A DNA stretch of 53,910 bases from a virus. Lineage: Duplodnaviria > Caudoviricetes. The DNA lies in the IMG/VR virus record IMGVR_UViG_3300006790_000002, positions 1 through 53,910 of that record. One strand, 5' to 3'. Of the stretch, positions 45,010 through 52,766 are shown piece by piece (position 1 is the first letter of the stretch; each line of letters starts with the position of its first letter). A program made the translations under genes and the position numbers. The notes under the pieces are model-generated. The model was not told the origin of the DNA and did not search any database. It was given only the letters and a program-made list of their open reading frames with translations.

Positions 45010-45654
45010 CTACTCTCCAGTTCTCCGACGGATGATCTCTTCGAAGTACGGCGTCGTCATCAGCCCACGACGCTCTTCGGAAGTAAGCTGACGAGGCGGA
45101 TAGTCTATCTCACGCGAGAGCCGTTCCTGCTCCTCCGAACGTGACTTAATCCGAGGATCACGCATCGCCCGCTCCATCTCAGCCCGGGAGGTCTGGAGAC
45201 TCCTCCGTGTTTCAGGAACAGTATCGGGCTTTTCAGCAGAAGCCGGTTCACGCGACATTCGTGTGAGATCATCAATGCGACTTGTGATAGATTGCTGCTC
45301 TTCCGGAGTGTAACCTCGACCTTCCCTCCGAGCGGTTTCCCCGTACTTCTCGTTCATTCTGTTAACATCGTCATACCCACCCATGATTGCTTCATGTTGT
45401 TTCCTCTCTGCGCGGATGCCTGCGTACCGGGGGTCGGGTACGTCTTTTGGCTCGGAAGGCCCCAGGGGTTTCAGTGCAGGACCAGTGGTAGGAGTGGCGC
45501 CGATCAGTCGATTCGGCTCGTCAAACTGCCGTCGGGCTGCTTCCCTTCGAAGAGCGGCTCGGGCTCCTACAAGGTCAGGATTCCGGGCTTGAGCAGACTC
45601 CGCAGTTAGTGGTTCTCTTGTGTACATTCTTCTTCTTCGATCCTGATCGGCCAT
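45010..45654 (-). CDS. Charged helical hypothetical protein with helix tag
   Basis: GGAG SD; ALRREAARRQF at residues 34-44. Confidence 0.7.
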   Translation of the reverse strand: MADQDRRRRMYTREPLTAESAQARNPDLVGARAALRREAARRQFDEPNRLIGATPTTGPALKPLGPSEPKDVPDPRYAGIRAERKQHEAIMGGYDDVNRMNEKYGETARREGRGYTPEEQQSITSRIDDLTRMSREPASAEKPDTVPETRRSLQTSRAEMERAMRDPRIKSRSEEQERLSREIDYPPRQLTSEERRGLMTTPYFEEIIRRRTGE

Positions 45655-45656
45655 GG

Positions 45657-46148
45657 TTATTCTCCCTGGGCTTTCTTACGAGGTGAGGTGATTGCATCTC
45701 TAACGTCCAGGACTTCAGGCTGCATAGCTTCCTCCCCTCCTGCGAGTTGAATCAACTGCTCTACATAGTTGACCTGAACGTTCTGCTGGTTCTTTGGACC
45801 GTTTGCCACGATGCAAGTGTACATAAGTTCGGCCCACTTTCGTAGTTCTGCCGACTGTCCCGCCTTGATTTCTCCGCGAGCTACTGATAGACATACTGTC
45901 GTCGCGAAATCGACCACTCCGTTCGTGCTGTGAAGATGCGGAGCGGCTTTCGCCAGAAACGTAGCAGGCAACGACTCGTCATTCACCAAGGCTTGGATCC
46001 GTAACTCCTCCAGAGCCTCGGGACTTAGCAGGCTTTGGTTGTCATCAGGAACAGATGTAATCTTCGATAATGCAGTTTCTTCCTGGCTTTTCGTTGATTC
46101 CTTTGCGCCCTCTTCAAGCCCAGGAGTAGTTGTATCGTCATTCGTCAT
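45657..46148 (-). CDS. Possible terminase small subunit
   Basis: 163 aa, helical with C-terminal QQNVQVNY strand; upstream of terL; assignment mostly by position. Confidence 0.4.
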   Translation of the reverse strand: MTNDDTTTPGLEEGAKESTKSQEETALSKITSVPDDNQSLLSPEALEELRIQALVNDESLPATFLAKAAPHLHSTNGVVDFATTVCLSVARGEIKAGQSAELRKWAELMYTCIVANGPKNQQNVQVNYVEQLIQLAGGEEAMQPEVLDVRDAITSPRKKAQGE

Positions 46149-47041
46149 AGCTTCAATCTCCCTTGGTACTCGAACCCACGGCCCTCATCCCGATTTCTAA
46201 TCCGCTCCCCGCGATCCGGGTACTTCTCTATTCCTATCACATTCCACCATACATTCCCCAGCGAGGAATCACGATGCATCTGCTTCTTCTCTGGGAGCGA
46301 CTTGTGATACCGCTCTTTCTCCTCCACGCTCCTAAATACTGGAGAATACTCGGGAAGTCTGCGTGGAACCGGATGCGGCCTCTTCCCCAGCTTCAACAGA
46401 GTCTGCACGTAGGTCGTATCGTACAACTCCCTCCGGGCATGACGCAGCTTCGTCCCCTCATCCAAAAGTGCCCTGGCGTGCGCTCGTGTTCTCACGATTG
46501 GCGTCAAGTTTGTAGAAAGTGCCCAGAGCGCGAAGGACGAAGTGTGCATCAACACCTTTATGAACTCGCTCCTCGCACCCTCCCATCCGGGCACTAACTC
46601 TTCCAACACCTCGTCCCCGAGCCCTAACAGCCACCACTGGAACGCACTCGTGTGAATCTTCGGCGCTCGCGTAGCGATCCCCTGGAAAAACCTTCGAGGT
46701 ACGTTTCCGGCTCCCTGGCCCAGGGTGAAGGTCGCAACCTCATACGGAGTAGGAGGTTCCTCCAACCCGAACGCACGAAACGCATGATCGCTCCACTGAC
46801 TGTGCGCCACACCCATCGTCTTACTAAACACGTTCTCACGAAAGCTCGGCAGGTAGCACATCCGCTTCCTGATCTGGAAGATCATCTTGTTTGCCCGGAG
46901 AGGGGCAGTAGTCTGCGTCTCCATAATCGGAGGACACAATCCCAGGGCATACAGCACATGCTGGAACTTTGCTCTCTCAGGAAGATGCGTGTTCCCAAAC
47001 TGAGGCAACTTGAGCAGTTCTAACCACGAGTCCGTCCGCAT
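46145..47041 (-). CDS. Hypothetical basic protein, first gene of the late block
   Basis: 298-aa ORF; ATGA overlap with the next gene. Confidence 0.7.
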   Translation of the reverse strand: MRTDSWLELLKLPQFGNTHLPERAKFQHVLYALGLCPPIMETQTTAPLRANKMIFQIRKRMCYLPSFRENVFSKTMGVAHSQWSDHAFRAFGLEEPPTPYEVATFTLGQGAGNVPRRFFQGIATRAPKIHTSAFQWWLLGLGDEVLEELVPGWEGARSEFIKVLMHTSSFALWALSTNLTPIVRTRAHARALLDEGTKLRHARRELYDTTYVQTLLKLGKRPHPVPRRLPEYSPVFRSVEEKERYHKSLPEKKQMHRDSSLGNVWWNVIGIEKYPDRGERIRNRDEGRGFEYQGRLKL

Positions 47042-47383
47042 AAGTGGATCATAACTTGGTAGACGTTAGTGGACACTCAAAAATGGGTCGCGCGTGAAAG
47101 AGGGGGTACACCGGAAACGAAGTTCCGCTAAAGAGGGGATGGCTCTGCTGAGCGGAGCGAAGCAGGGAACCAGTTCCTCGGCAGCGGTGCGAGCGCAGCG
47201 AGCACGAGCGCGTCAGCCCTTGCTGCGCGCGGGCCGAGCCACAGTGGCGAGGCGAAGCCCCCCCCTTCGGGGGGGGCTGTCTCGAAGTCGACCGCGGAGC
47301 GTTACGTAAATCTCGCGAAATATTTTTAGGCGTAAATGTAACGCTGGCGAGTTACGCCTAACTCCCCGCGAGCGACTTAGCCG

Positions 47384-47411
47384 TTGACATTCTCTTGACA
47401 AGGATTATAGT
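47384..47411 (+). promoter_or_regulatory. Early sigma70-type promoter
   Basis: TTGACA (47384-89), 16 bp, TATAGT (47406-11); a second TG-n-TATATT at 47429-37; upstream of the first early gene. Confidence 0.6.
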
Positions 47412-47492
47412 CGCGTGCTGGTTACTTGTGTTATATTGAAAGAGTCAAAGGGGAGAGGCCCTGGCGACATTTCAAAACAAAGGAAGTAGAAA

Positions 47493-48023
47493 ATGTCCGA
47501 GTCCAAGAAAGTAGAAACCATCCTCAACGCTACCAACCAGGAAGTGCTCTCGCTCCCGTTGCGCTCGGCCGTCAAGGGCGGAAAATCCGTCAAAGTCGAC
47601 GGAATGGCAAAAGCCAAGAACGCGCGTCTGTTCGATTGGCGCACCGACTACACGCGGAAAAACCTTATGGGCACTTTGACCAAAGGCTACCGAAAGGAGT
47701 TCGACGGTTCCCTTCTCCGCATCGTGAGTGAAACTACCGGCGAGCAGGTTTTCTCACTGTGCCTGACGACGGTCGGAGAGACCGAGATTCTGCGAGTTCA
47801 GAAGGACTTCATCGAGGCGGGCGAGGGCGTTCTCTCCGCCGAGGCAGAAGCCGAGCGGCAACGACGCCTTATCCTTCGCGAGTGCCTTGGCAAAATGTCC
47901 GGTGCTGTCGAGTTGGGCCTAACTTACGCGCAGGTCGAGAAGGCTATGGTCAAGAAAGGCGAGTTTGCCGCGGAGGTTATCGCCGAGGCCGTCCAGGTCC
48001 TGAAGGACCGAGAGGCCAAGTAG
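47493..48023 (+). CDS. First early gene, hypothetical, 176 aa
   Basis: AACAAAGGA SD; followed by a terminator. Confidence 0.8.
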   Translation: MSESKKVETILNATNQEVLSLPLRSAVKGGKSVKVDGMAKAKNARLFDWRTDYTRKNLMGTLTKGYRKEFDGSLLRIVSETTGEQVFSLCLTTVGETEILRVQKDFIEAGEGVLSAEAEAERQRRLILRECLGKMSGAVELGLTYAQVEKAMVKKGEFAAEVIAEAVQVLKDREAK

Positions 48024-48047
48024 CCTCCGGCCAGACAGGCCAAAAGC

Positions 48048-48079
48048 GCTCCAGGGGACTTGTCTCCTGGGGCCTTTTT
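48048..48079 (+). terminator. Rho-independent terminator
   Basis: GCTCCAGGGGA-CTTG-TCTCCTGGGGC stem followed by CTTTTT. Confidence 0.75.
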
Positions 48080-48217
48080 GCGTCTTGAGCTTTTTGGCTC
48101 ACTTCACGGAACGTGTTGTGAGCCGTGTCCCCTACGGGGACAGCCCCTCACCTTGCGACGCTACCGCGACTTGTTGACAGCGGTTTTCTTTCCACAACTG
48201 ACTATCAGGTAAATATC

Positions 48218-48328
48218 ATGCAACTATCAGTGTTCCTCATCTTTGTTTCTTTCCTCTCAGCCGTTGCTTGGTTTGGCGAGCAACGCGAGAACAACCGACC
48301 CTCCCCCTCCCCCACAAAGGACAACTAA
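48218..48328 (+). CDS. Tiny membrane peptide, 36 aa
   Basis: AGGT SD; MQLSVFLIFVSFLSAVAWF hydrophobic helix. Confidence 0.4.
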   Translation: MQLSVFLIFVSFLSAVAWFGEQRENNRPSPSPTKDN

Positions 48329-48330
48329 CC

Positions 48331-48513
48331 ATGACCCGTAAACACTTCATCGCTATCGCTGAGATCTTGGACACAACTTCCCTTTCGGATGATGCCCGCA
48401 GGATTCTCGCTATCAAGTTCGCCAACATGTTCTCGCAAGAGAACCCGAACTTTGACTCTTCCCGATTCTACAAAGCTGCCGGACTTCAGAACCGCGCACC
48501 TGACTGGAGGTAA
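48331..48513 (+). CDS. Conserved small early phage protein
   Basis: MTRKHF..IA.......F...NPNFD..RF..A pattern that I recall from many phages; ACAAAGGA SD. Confidence 0.75.
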   Translation: MTRKHFIAIAEILDTTSLSDDARRILAIKFANMFSQENPNFDSSRFYKAAGLQNRAPDWR

Positions 48514-48516
48514 ACA

Positions 48517-48984
48517 ATGAACATCTTCATCCTTTCCGCTCACCCGGTTCTCGCTGCCGAGGACTTGTGCGACAAGCACATCGTCAAGATGTGTCTTGAG
48601 ACCGCACAGCTACTTAGCACTGCCGCTCGGGCTCACGGTGCCGACTGCGACGAACTGTACAAGTCGACGCACGTCAACCACCCGTGTTCTGTCTGGGCTC
48701 GCACTTCCCGCGCAAACTACCGCTGGTTACTTCTGCACGGTGACGCTATCGGACACGAGTATGGAAGGCGCTACGGTAGGATTCACAAATCTGCCTGGGT
48801 CATCCAACGCGCTCGGGACTTCCTGACACTTCTGCCCGACACGCCGATGACGCCTTTCGCTTTGGCTATGCCTGACCAGTACAAGTCAAGTTGCCCTGTG
48901 TCCTCTTATCGCCGCTACTACCGCTGCGAGAAGTCAGACATTGCTCAGTGGAAGCATTCCCGAACTCCCTCATGGTGGGTATGA
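48517..48984 (+). CDS. Pyrimidine-dimer DNA glycosylase / endonuclease V-like (DenV-like) protein
   Basis: MNIF.L....AA...CDKH.VKM.LE.AQLL, H.NHPC..W, EY..RYG..H. Confidence 0.82.
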   Translation: MNIFILSAHPVLAAEDLCDKHIVKMCLETAQLLSTAARAHGADCDELYKSTHVNHPCSVWARTSRANYRWLLLHGDAIGHEYGRRYGRIHKSAWVIQRARDFLTLLPDTPMTPFALAMPDQYKSSCPVSSYRRYYRCEKSDIAQWKHSRTPSWWV

Positions 48985-49073
48985 CACCGACGAAACTTCC
49001 CGGGTTCTTCAGCCCGGGGAGTTTAGCCGGTAGCATGTCGCTGCTGGAAACCACAAACAAAGGAAACAGAGAA

Positions 49074-50249
49074 ATGGATTTCTCGAAAATGAATGTGTTG
49101 TTCGAAACGCTCGATATGGCGTTGAACTCTAAACCCTCGCAGCCAGTTCTTATCTGGGGCATGGACGGATGCGGCAAGTCGCGCGGAGTCGAAAGCTACA
49201 TCCGCCAGAACATGTCAAATGCCGACGGGTCAGATGTGAAGTACTGGTTCCTCAACGGAAACTCCATGGACACCACGGACATTCCGGGTCTCTTTGCCCG
49301 GGGAGAAGATGGCGAATGGGGACGTGTTCCAGTTCTGCGAGCCATCAAAGAGGCTGTGGAAGAACAGGCAAAGGGGAACCAATACGTGTTCATCTTTGAA
49401 GAGTTCACGACGATGAACAAAGCCGTCATGGCTCCGTTCCTCTCACTTGTCTCCGAGAAAGTTGCGGGAGACTTGCGGCTCGACGAGAACCTGACTCACA
49501 TCATCGCGCTCGCTAACCCTCCCGAGATCGCGGTCAATCCGACGCATCTTGCTCCTCCGGTATCTACCCGGTTCTTGCACTTGCAGTGGAAGATGGACTT
49601 TGCTTACTGGTCGGAAAACATGATGGAAGGCAACTGGTTTCCAGGAACTCAAGAGGCAGCAGCAGATGTCATCTCCTACCTGGTCGGCAAGTGCAATCCT
49701 GACTCGCCAAGCTTTGACGAAACTTCCGGTTTCGCACAAGCTCCATCTCGTGAGTTCATGAACAAGACTCGGGGCAATCCTCGGACTTGGACGAATCTGA
49801 TCAAGGCGGATTCTACTGCCCGGGAGTGTGGCGCTTCCTTGCGTGCTCGCGAGATTATGTTCCGCGGCATGGTCGGTGAGGGCCTTGGGCGAGAATACGC
49901 TTCCTGGCTCCGGATGCAAGCGGACGGTCTGGACGTTATCGCTGCTTTGAAGGATCCCGCTTCTGTCGAGATACCGACTCGGACTGACCGGCAGTTTGCG
50001 TTCTTCAATGCTGTGGCTGCTCGTGTCTCGATGACGATGGACCCGGACGACTTCTACAACGCCTGGGAACTTCTCTCCAAGACGAACGACCGTGACTTGG
50101 CAGTTCTGCCCGCTCGCACATTGGGCAAGTTGCTCCAGAAGAAAGACGGCACAAAGCTCATGAAGAAGCGTGGACTTCATCCGACCGTGATGGAGTACGG
50201 CGAAATGCTCATGGGACTGAAAGCCATTCTTGCCGACATGAAGCAGTAG
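49074..50249 (+). CDS. MoxR-type AAA+ ATPase
   Basis: PVLIWG..GCGKS, FIFEEF (Walker B variant), ALANP, STRF, NPRTW; start 49074 after AACAAAGGA. Confidence 0.85.
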   Translation: MDFSKMNVLFETLDMALNSKPSQPVLIWGMDGCGKSRGVESYIRQNMSNADGSDVKYWFLNGNSMDTTDIPGLFARGEDGEWGRVPVLRAIKEAVEEQAKGNQYVFIFEEFTTMNKAVMAPFLSLVSEKVAGDLRLDENLTHIIALANPPEIAVNPTHLAPPVSTRFLHLQWKMDFAYWSENMMEGNWFPGTQEAAADVISYLVGKCNPDSPSFDETSGFAQAPSREFMNKTRGNPRTWTNLIKADSTARECGASLRAREIMFRGMVGEGLGREYASWLRMQADGLDVIAALKDPASVEIPTRTDRQFAFFNAVAARVSMTMDPDDFYNAWELLSKTNDRDLAVLPARTLGKLLQKKDGTKLMKKRGLHPTVMEYGEMLMGLKAILADMKQ

Positions 50250-50261
50250 GGGGACGGACTT

Positions 50262-51305
50262 ATGACTACCAAGTTTTACCCGCTCGTGTGGACGAAAGTC
50301 CGATGTCTCGGTGAGCACCATGCGGTGTTCTTGATGGAGACTGCTTCTGGCAAAAGGAGCCTGGCACTTCCTAAGCATAGGAGAGATTCCGAGAACTCCC
50401 TGGAGCGTGTGCAAGCGCTCCAGGTTCTTGCTCCGGAGTTTCGCTGTCGATGCTACGAGGTACTTTGCGCCTGGCGTGTCTACTGTAGTTGGACAGATGG
50501 GCAGATTCAGGCAATGCTCAAGTCTACCCTGCGAGATAGGCCAGAAGCGATTCCGCTCTTGAAAGCTATGCGGGAAGTATCCAGCAAGAAGACACGAGCA
50601 AACCTGCAAGTCAGCCCTTCAAACGTTCTTGCTCTCATCCCGAAAGAGTTGCGGATGTATGCGGAAGAAGCCCGTCAGAAGCGAGCCTATCGAGTTGACA
50701 AGAACAAGGACGAGTGGAGACGGACTATCTACCACACGGGCAACTGGGAGAAAGCTCTCCAGAAGTTGCCCAAGGGAGAGCGGACGTTCATACATTCTCG
50801 GAACTACCGAGACTCAAGTGTGCGGTCCCGGAAGCTCGCTGAATCGTTCAAGTCGCGATATGGGTTTGGCTTCCGAGAGAACCAAGGGGACTTTGTCGAT
50901 AAATGGTTCCGCAAGAGGTTAGCGCCTGCTGGCCTTGCGGGACAGGAGCATCGAACTGGAGCACTGAGAAGTAAGCCGTTCAACTTCATTCAAGATGTTC
51001 CCCATCGGCCCGACGGTACGAAATACGTATCTGCCCAGTACTGGATGCGGCACTGGTGGGATCACCAGTGGTTCCGGGAACTGTGCGAGTTCGGGTTTGC
51101 TCCTTCTTCCATCCCGCCTCAAGAAATGTGGATCCACAGGCGAGAAGGCGAGAAGGTGTTTCCGTCCCACCCGGCAACTGTCATCGGTGTGACTTTCAAA
51201 GGAACTACCTACTCTTGTTTCACAAAGTACTGGATTCGCATTGAGCGCGTCGCAGGCAACTGGCACTTTCGAGTATCTACCCACCCCATCACCACGCGGT
51301 ACTAA
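50262..51305 (+). CDS. Hypothetical Arg/Trp-rich protein, 347 aa
   Basis: Long ORF between the MoxR and VWA genes. Confidence 0.7.
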   Translation: MTTKFYPLVWTKVRCLGEHHAVFLMETASGKRSLALPKHRRDSENSLERVQALQVLAPEFRCRCYEVLCAWRVYCSWTDGQIQAMLKSTLRDRPEAIPLLKAMREVSSKKTRANLQVSPSNVLALIPKELRMYAEEARQKRAYRVDKNKDEWRRTIYHTGNWEKALQKLPKGERTFIHSRNYRDSSVRSRKLAESFKSRYGFGFRENQGDFVDKWFRKRLAPAGLAGQEHRTGALRSKPFNFIQDVPHRPDGTKYVSAQYWMRHWWDHQWFRELCEFGFAPSSIPPQEMWIHRREGEKVFPSHPATVIGVTFKGTTYSCFTKYWIRIERVAGNWHFRVSTHPITTRY

Positions 51306-51318
51306 CAAAGGAAAAACA

Positions 51319-52584
51319 ATGGAACTTACAGAACAGCAAATGTCGCAGGCCACCAAGGAGCTGCAACTTATCCGCCTCGGAGCTTTCGAGGTTTATCCCT
51401 CGATGGCTTCCGCCATCTTTGCCACTCAGCTTGTTGTCTCTCCGGAACTACGCGACAAGTCAGGAGCTTCCTGGTGTGTCGATGAGTTCTTCCGGGTCTA
51501 CGTTGACCCACGGGTTCTTATCGGCCCGGAGAAAGAGACAACTCTCCAGTCCATCGCTTCTCTCTTGCACGAGGTGCAGCATCCTCTGAGAAATCACTTT
51601 GAGCGGTTTCGTCTGATGCGCGAGAAGGATGGAACTCCTGTCAACCTCCGGAACGCAAATCTCGCTGCGGACATGGCGCTGAACAGTCAGGAGTTCCTGC
51701 GGAAGAATCTTCCCAAGAACTGCATCTTCCCAACTTCCTTCCCTTCCAAGAGAGGATACCCTCTCCCCTGGGGACAAACGACGGAGTACTACTATGAGAA
51801 CGCCCGCTTTCCAGAACAAGAGGAAGACGGAGAAAACTCGACATTCGGAGAAAGCGCCGATGCTGTCGGGGGAGAGAGATCCTGGGAACTTGGGCCTCCT
51901 TCAGAAGAGAATCCAGGATGCACGCAAGAAGACATCGAAGAGATCCAAGAAGCTTGCGCCCGGGAAGTTCGAGAGCAAGAGAAGAACGACCCGGGTTCTT
52001 TGCCCGGGGATCTCGTTGAGTGGGCAGGCGAGATTCTCGAACCTCCCAAAGTCGACTGGCGGGAAGTTTTCGCTCAACTCCTCAAGGAGTCGCAAGAGCG
52101 AACTATCGGAGCAAGCGCGTTTACCTTTGCCCGTCCGAACAAAAGAACTTCCGTACTCCATGACGACATTGTTCTTCCTGCGGTCTACGAGCCAACGCTG
52201 AATCCTGCCCTGGTGGTAGATTCATCTGGCTCGATGTCGGACGAGGACTTGAACCACTGCTTCAGCGAGATTGGGGAAGTTCTCCAGATGTCAGCTTCCG
52301 AGACATTCGTTGTGACAGGTGACACGAAAGTCGACTTTGCTGGTTACGTCCATGACGTTGCAGGCGTGGAGATCAAGTCGCGCGGTGGCACGAACATGAC
52401 TCCTCTCTTCCAGCGAGCAGTCCAGGAAGTTCCCGACTGTATCGTGGTGATGACTGACGGATGGTTCGACTTTCCTCGCGAGGCAGAACTTGACGGTATC
52501 CCGCTCATTGTGTGTCTTATCGGGAACTCGACTCGTCACTATTGTCCCAACTGGGTTGATGTCGTGGAGGTGAAAGATGACTGA
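51319..52584 (+). CDS. HExxH metallopeptidase plus VWA domain protein (DUF2201-like MoxR partner)
   Basis: LLHEVQH, N.AAD..N, P.VDWR, RPNKR; MIDAS DSSGSMS, GGT, TDG. Confidence 0.85.
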   Translation: MELTEQQMSQATKELQLIRLGAFEVYPSMASAIFATQLVVSPELRDKSGASWCVDEFFRVYVDPRVLIGPEKETTLQSIASLLHEVQHPLRNHFERFRLMREKDGTPVNLRNANLAADMALNSQEFLRKNLPKNCIFPTSFPSKRGYPLPWGQTTEYYYENARFPEQEEDGENSTFGESADAVGGERSWELGPPSEENPGCTQEDIEEIQEACAREVREQEKNDPGSLPGDLVEWAGEILEPPKVDWREVFAQLLKESQERTIGASAFTFARPNKRTSVLHDDIVLPAVYEPTLNPALVVDSSGSMSDEDLNHCFSEIGEVLQMSASETFVVTGDTKVDFAGYVHDVAGVEIKSRGGTNMTPLFQRAVQEVPDCIVVMTDGWFDFPREAELDGIPLIVCLIGNSTRHYCPNWVDVVEVKDD

Positions 52585-52690
52585 TTGGGAAGAATGGCTG
52601 GCAGAACAATCTTGCTACGACCCATGTTTTCAGGAGTTGTCTATCCTTGCGATACTTCTCCTTCCGACCTTCTCACCTGGAGAAGCTTGA
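52577..52690 (+). CDS. Possible tiny protein, 37 aa (not in the ORF track)
   Basis: GGAGGTG SD; overlaps the VWA stop; MTDWEEWLAEQSCYDPCFQELSILAILLLPTFSPGEA. Confidence 0.35.
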   Translation: MTDWEEWLAEQSCYDPCFQELSILAILLLPTFSPGEA

Positions 52691-52766
52691 GTCTCCCTCT
52701 AACTTCCGGGTTCTTGCCCGGAGGTTAGCTGGTGCAATCAAGCGCCCGCTCAACAAAGGAAATATC

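Noticed and set aside
49443-50609. 388-aa - strand ORF
   Set aside because: It is antisense to the well-supported MoxR gene and has no recognisable features.
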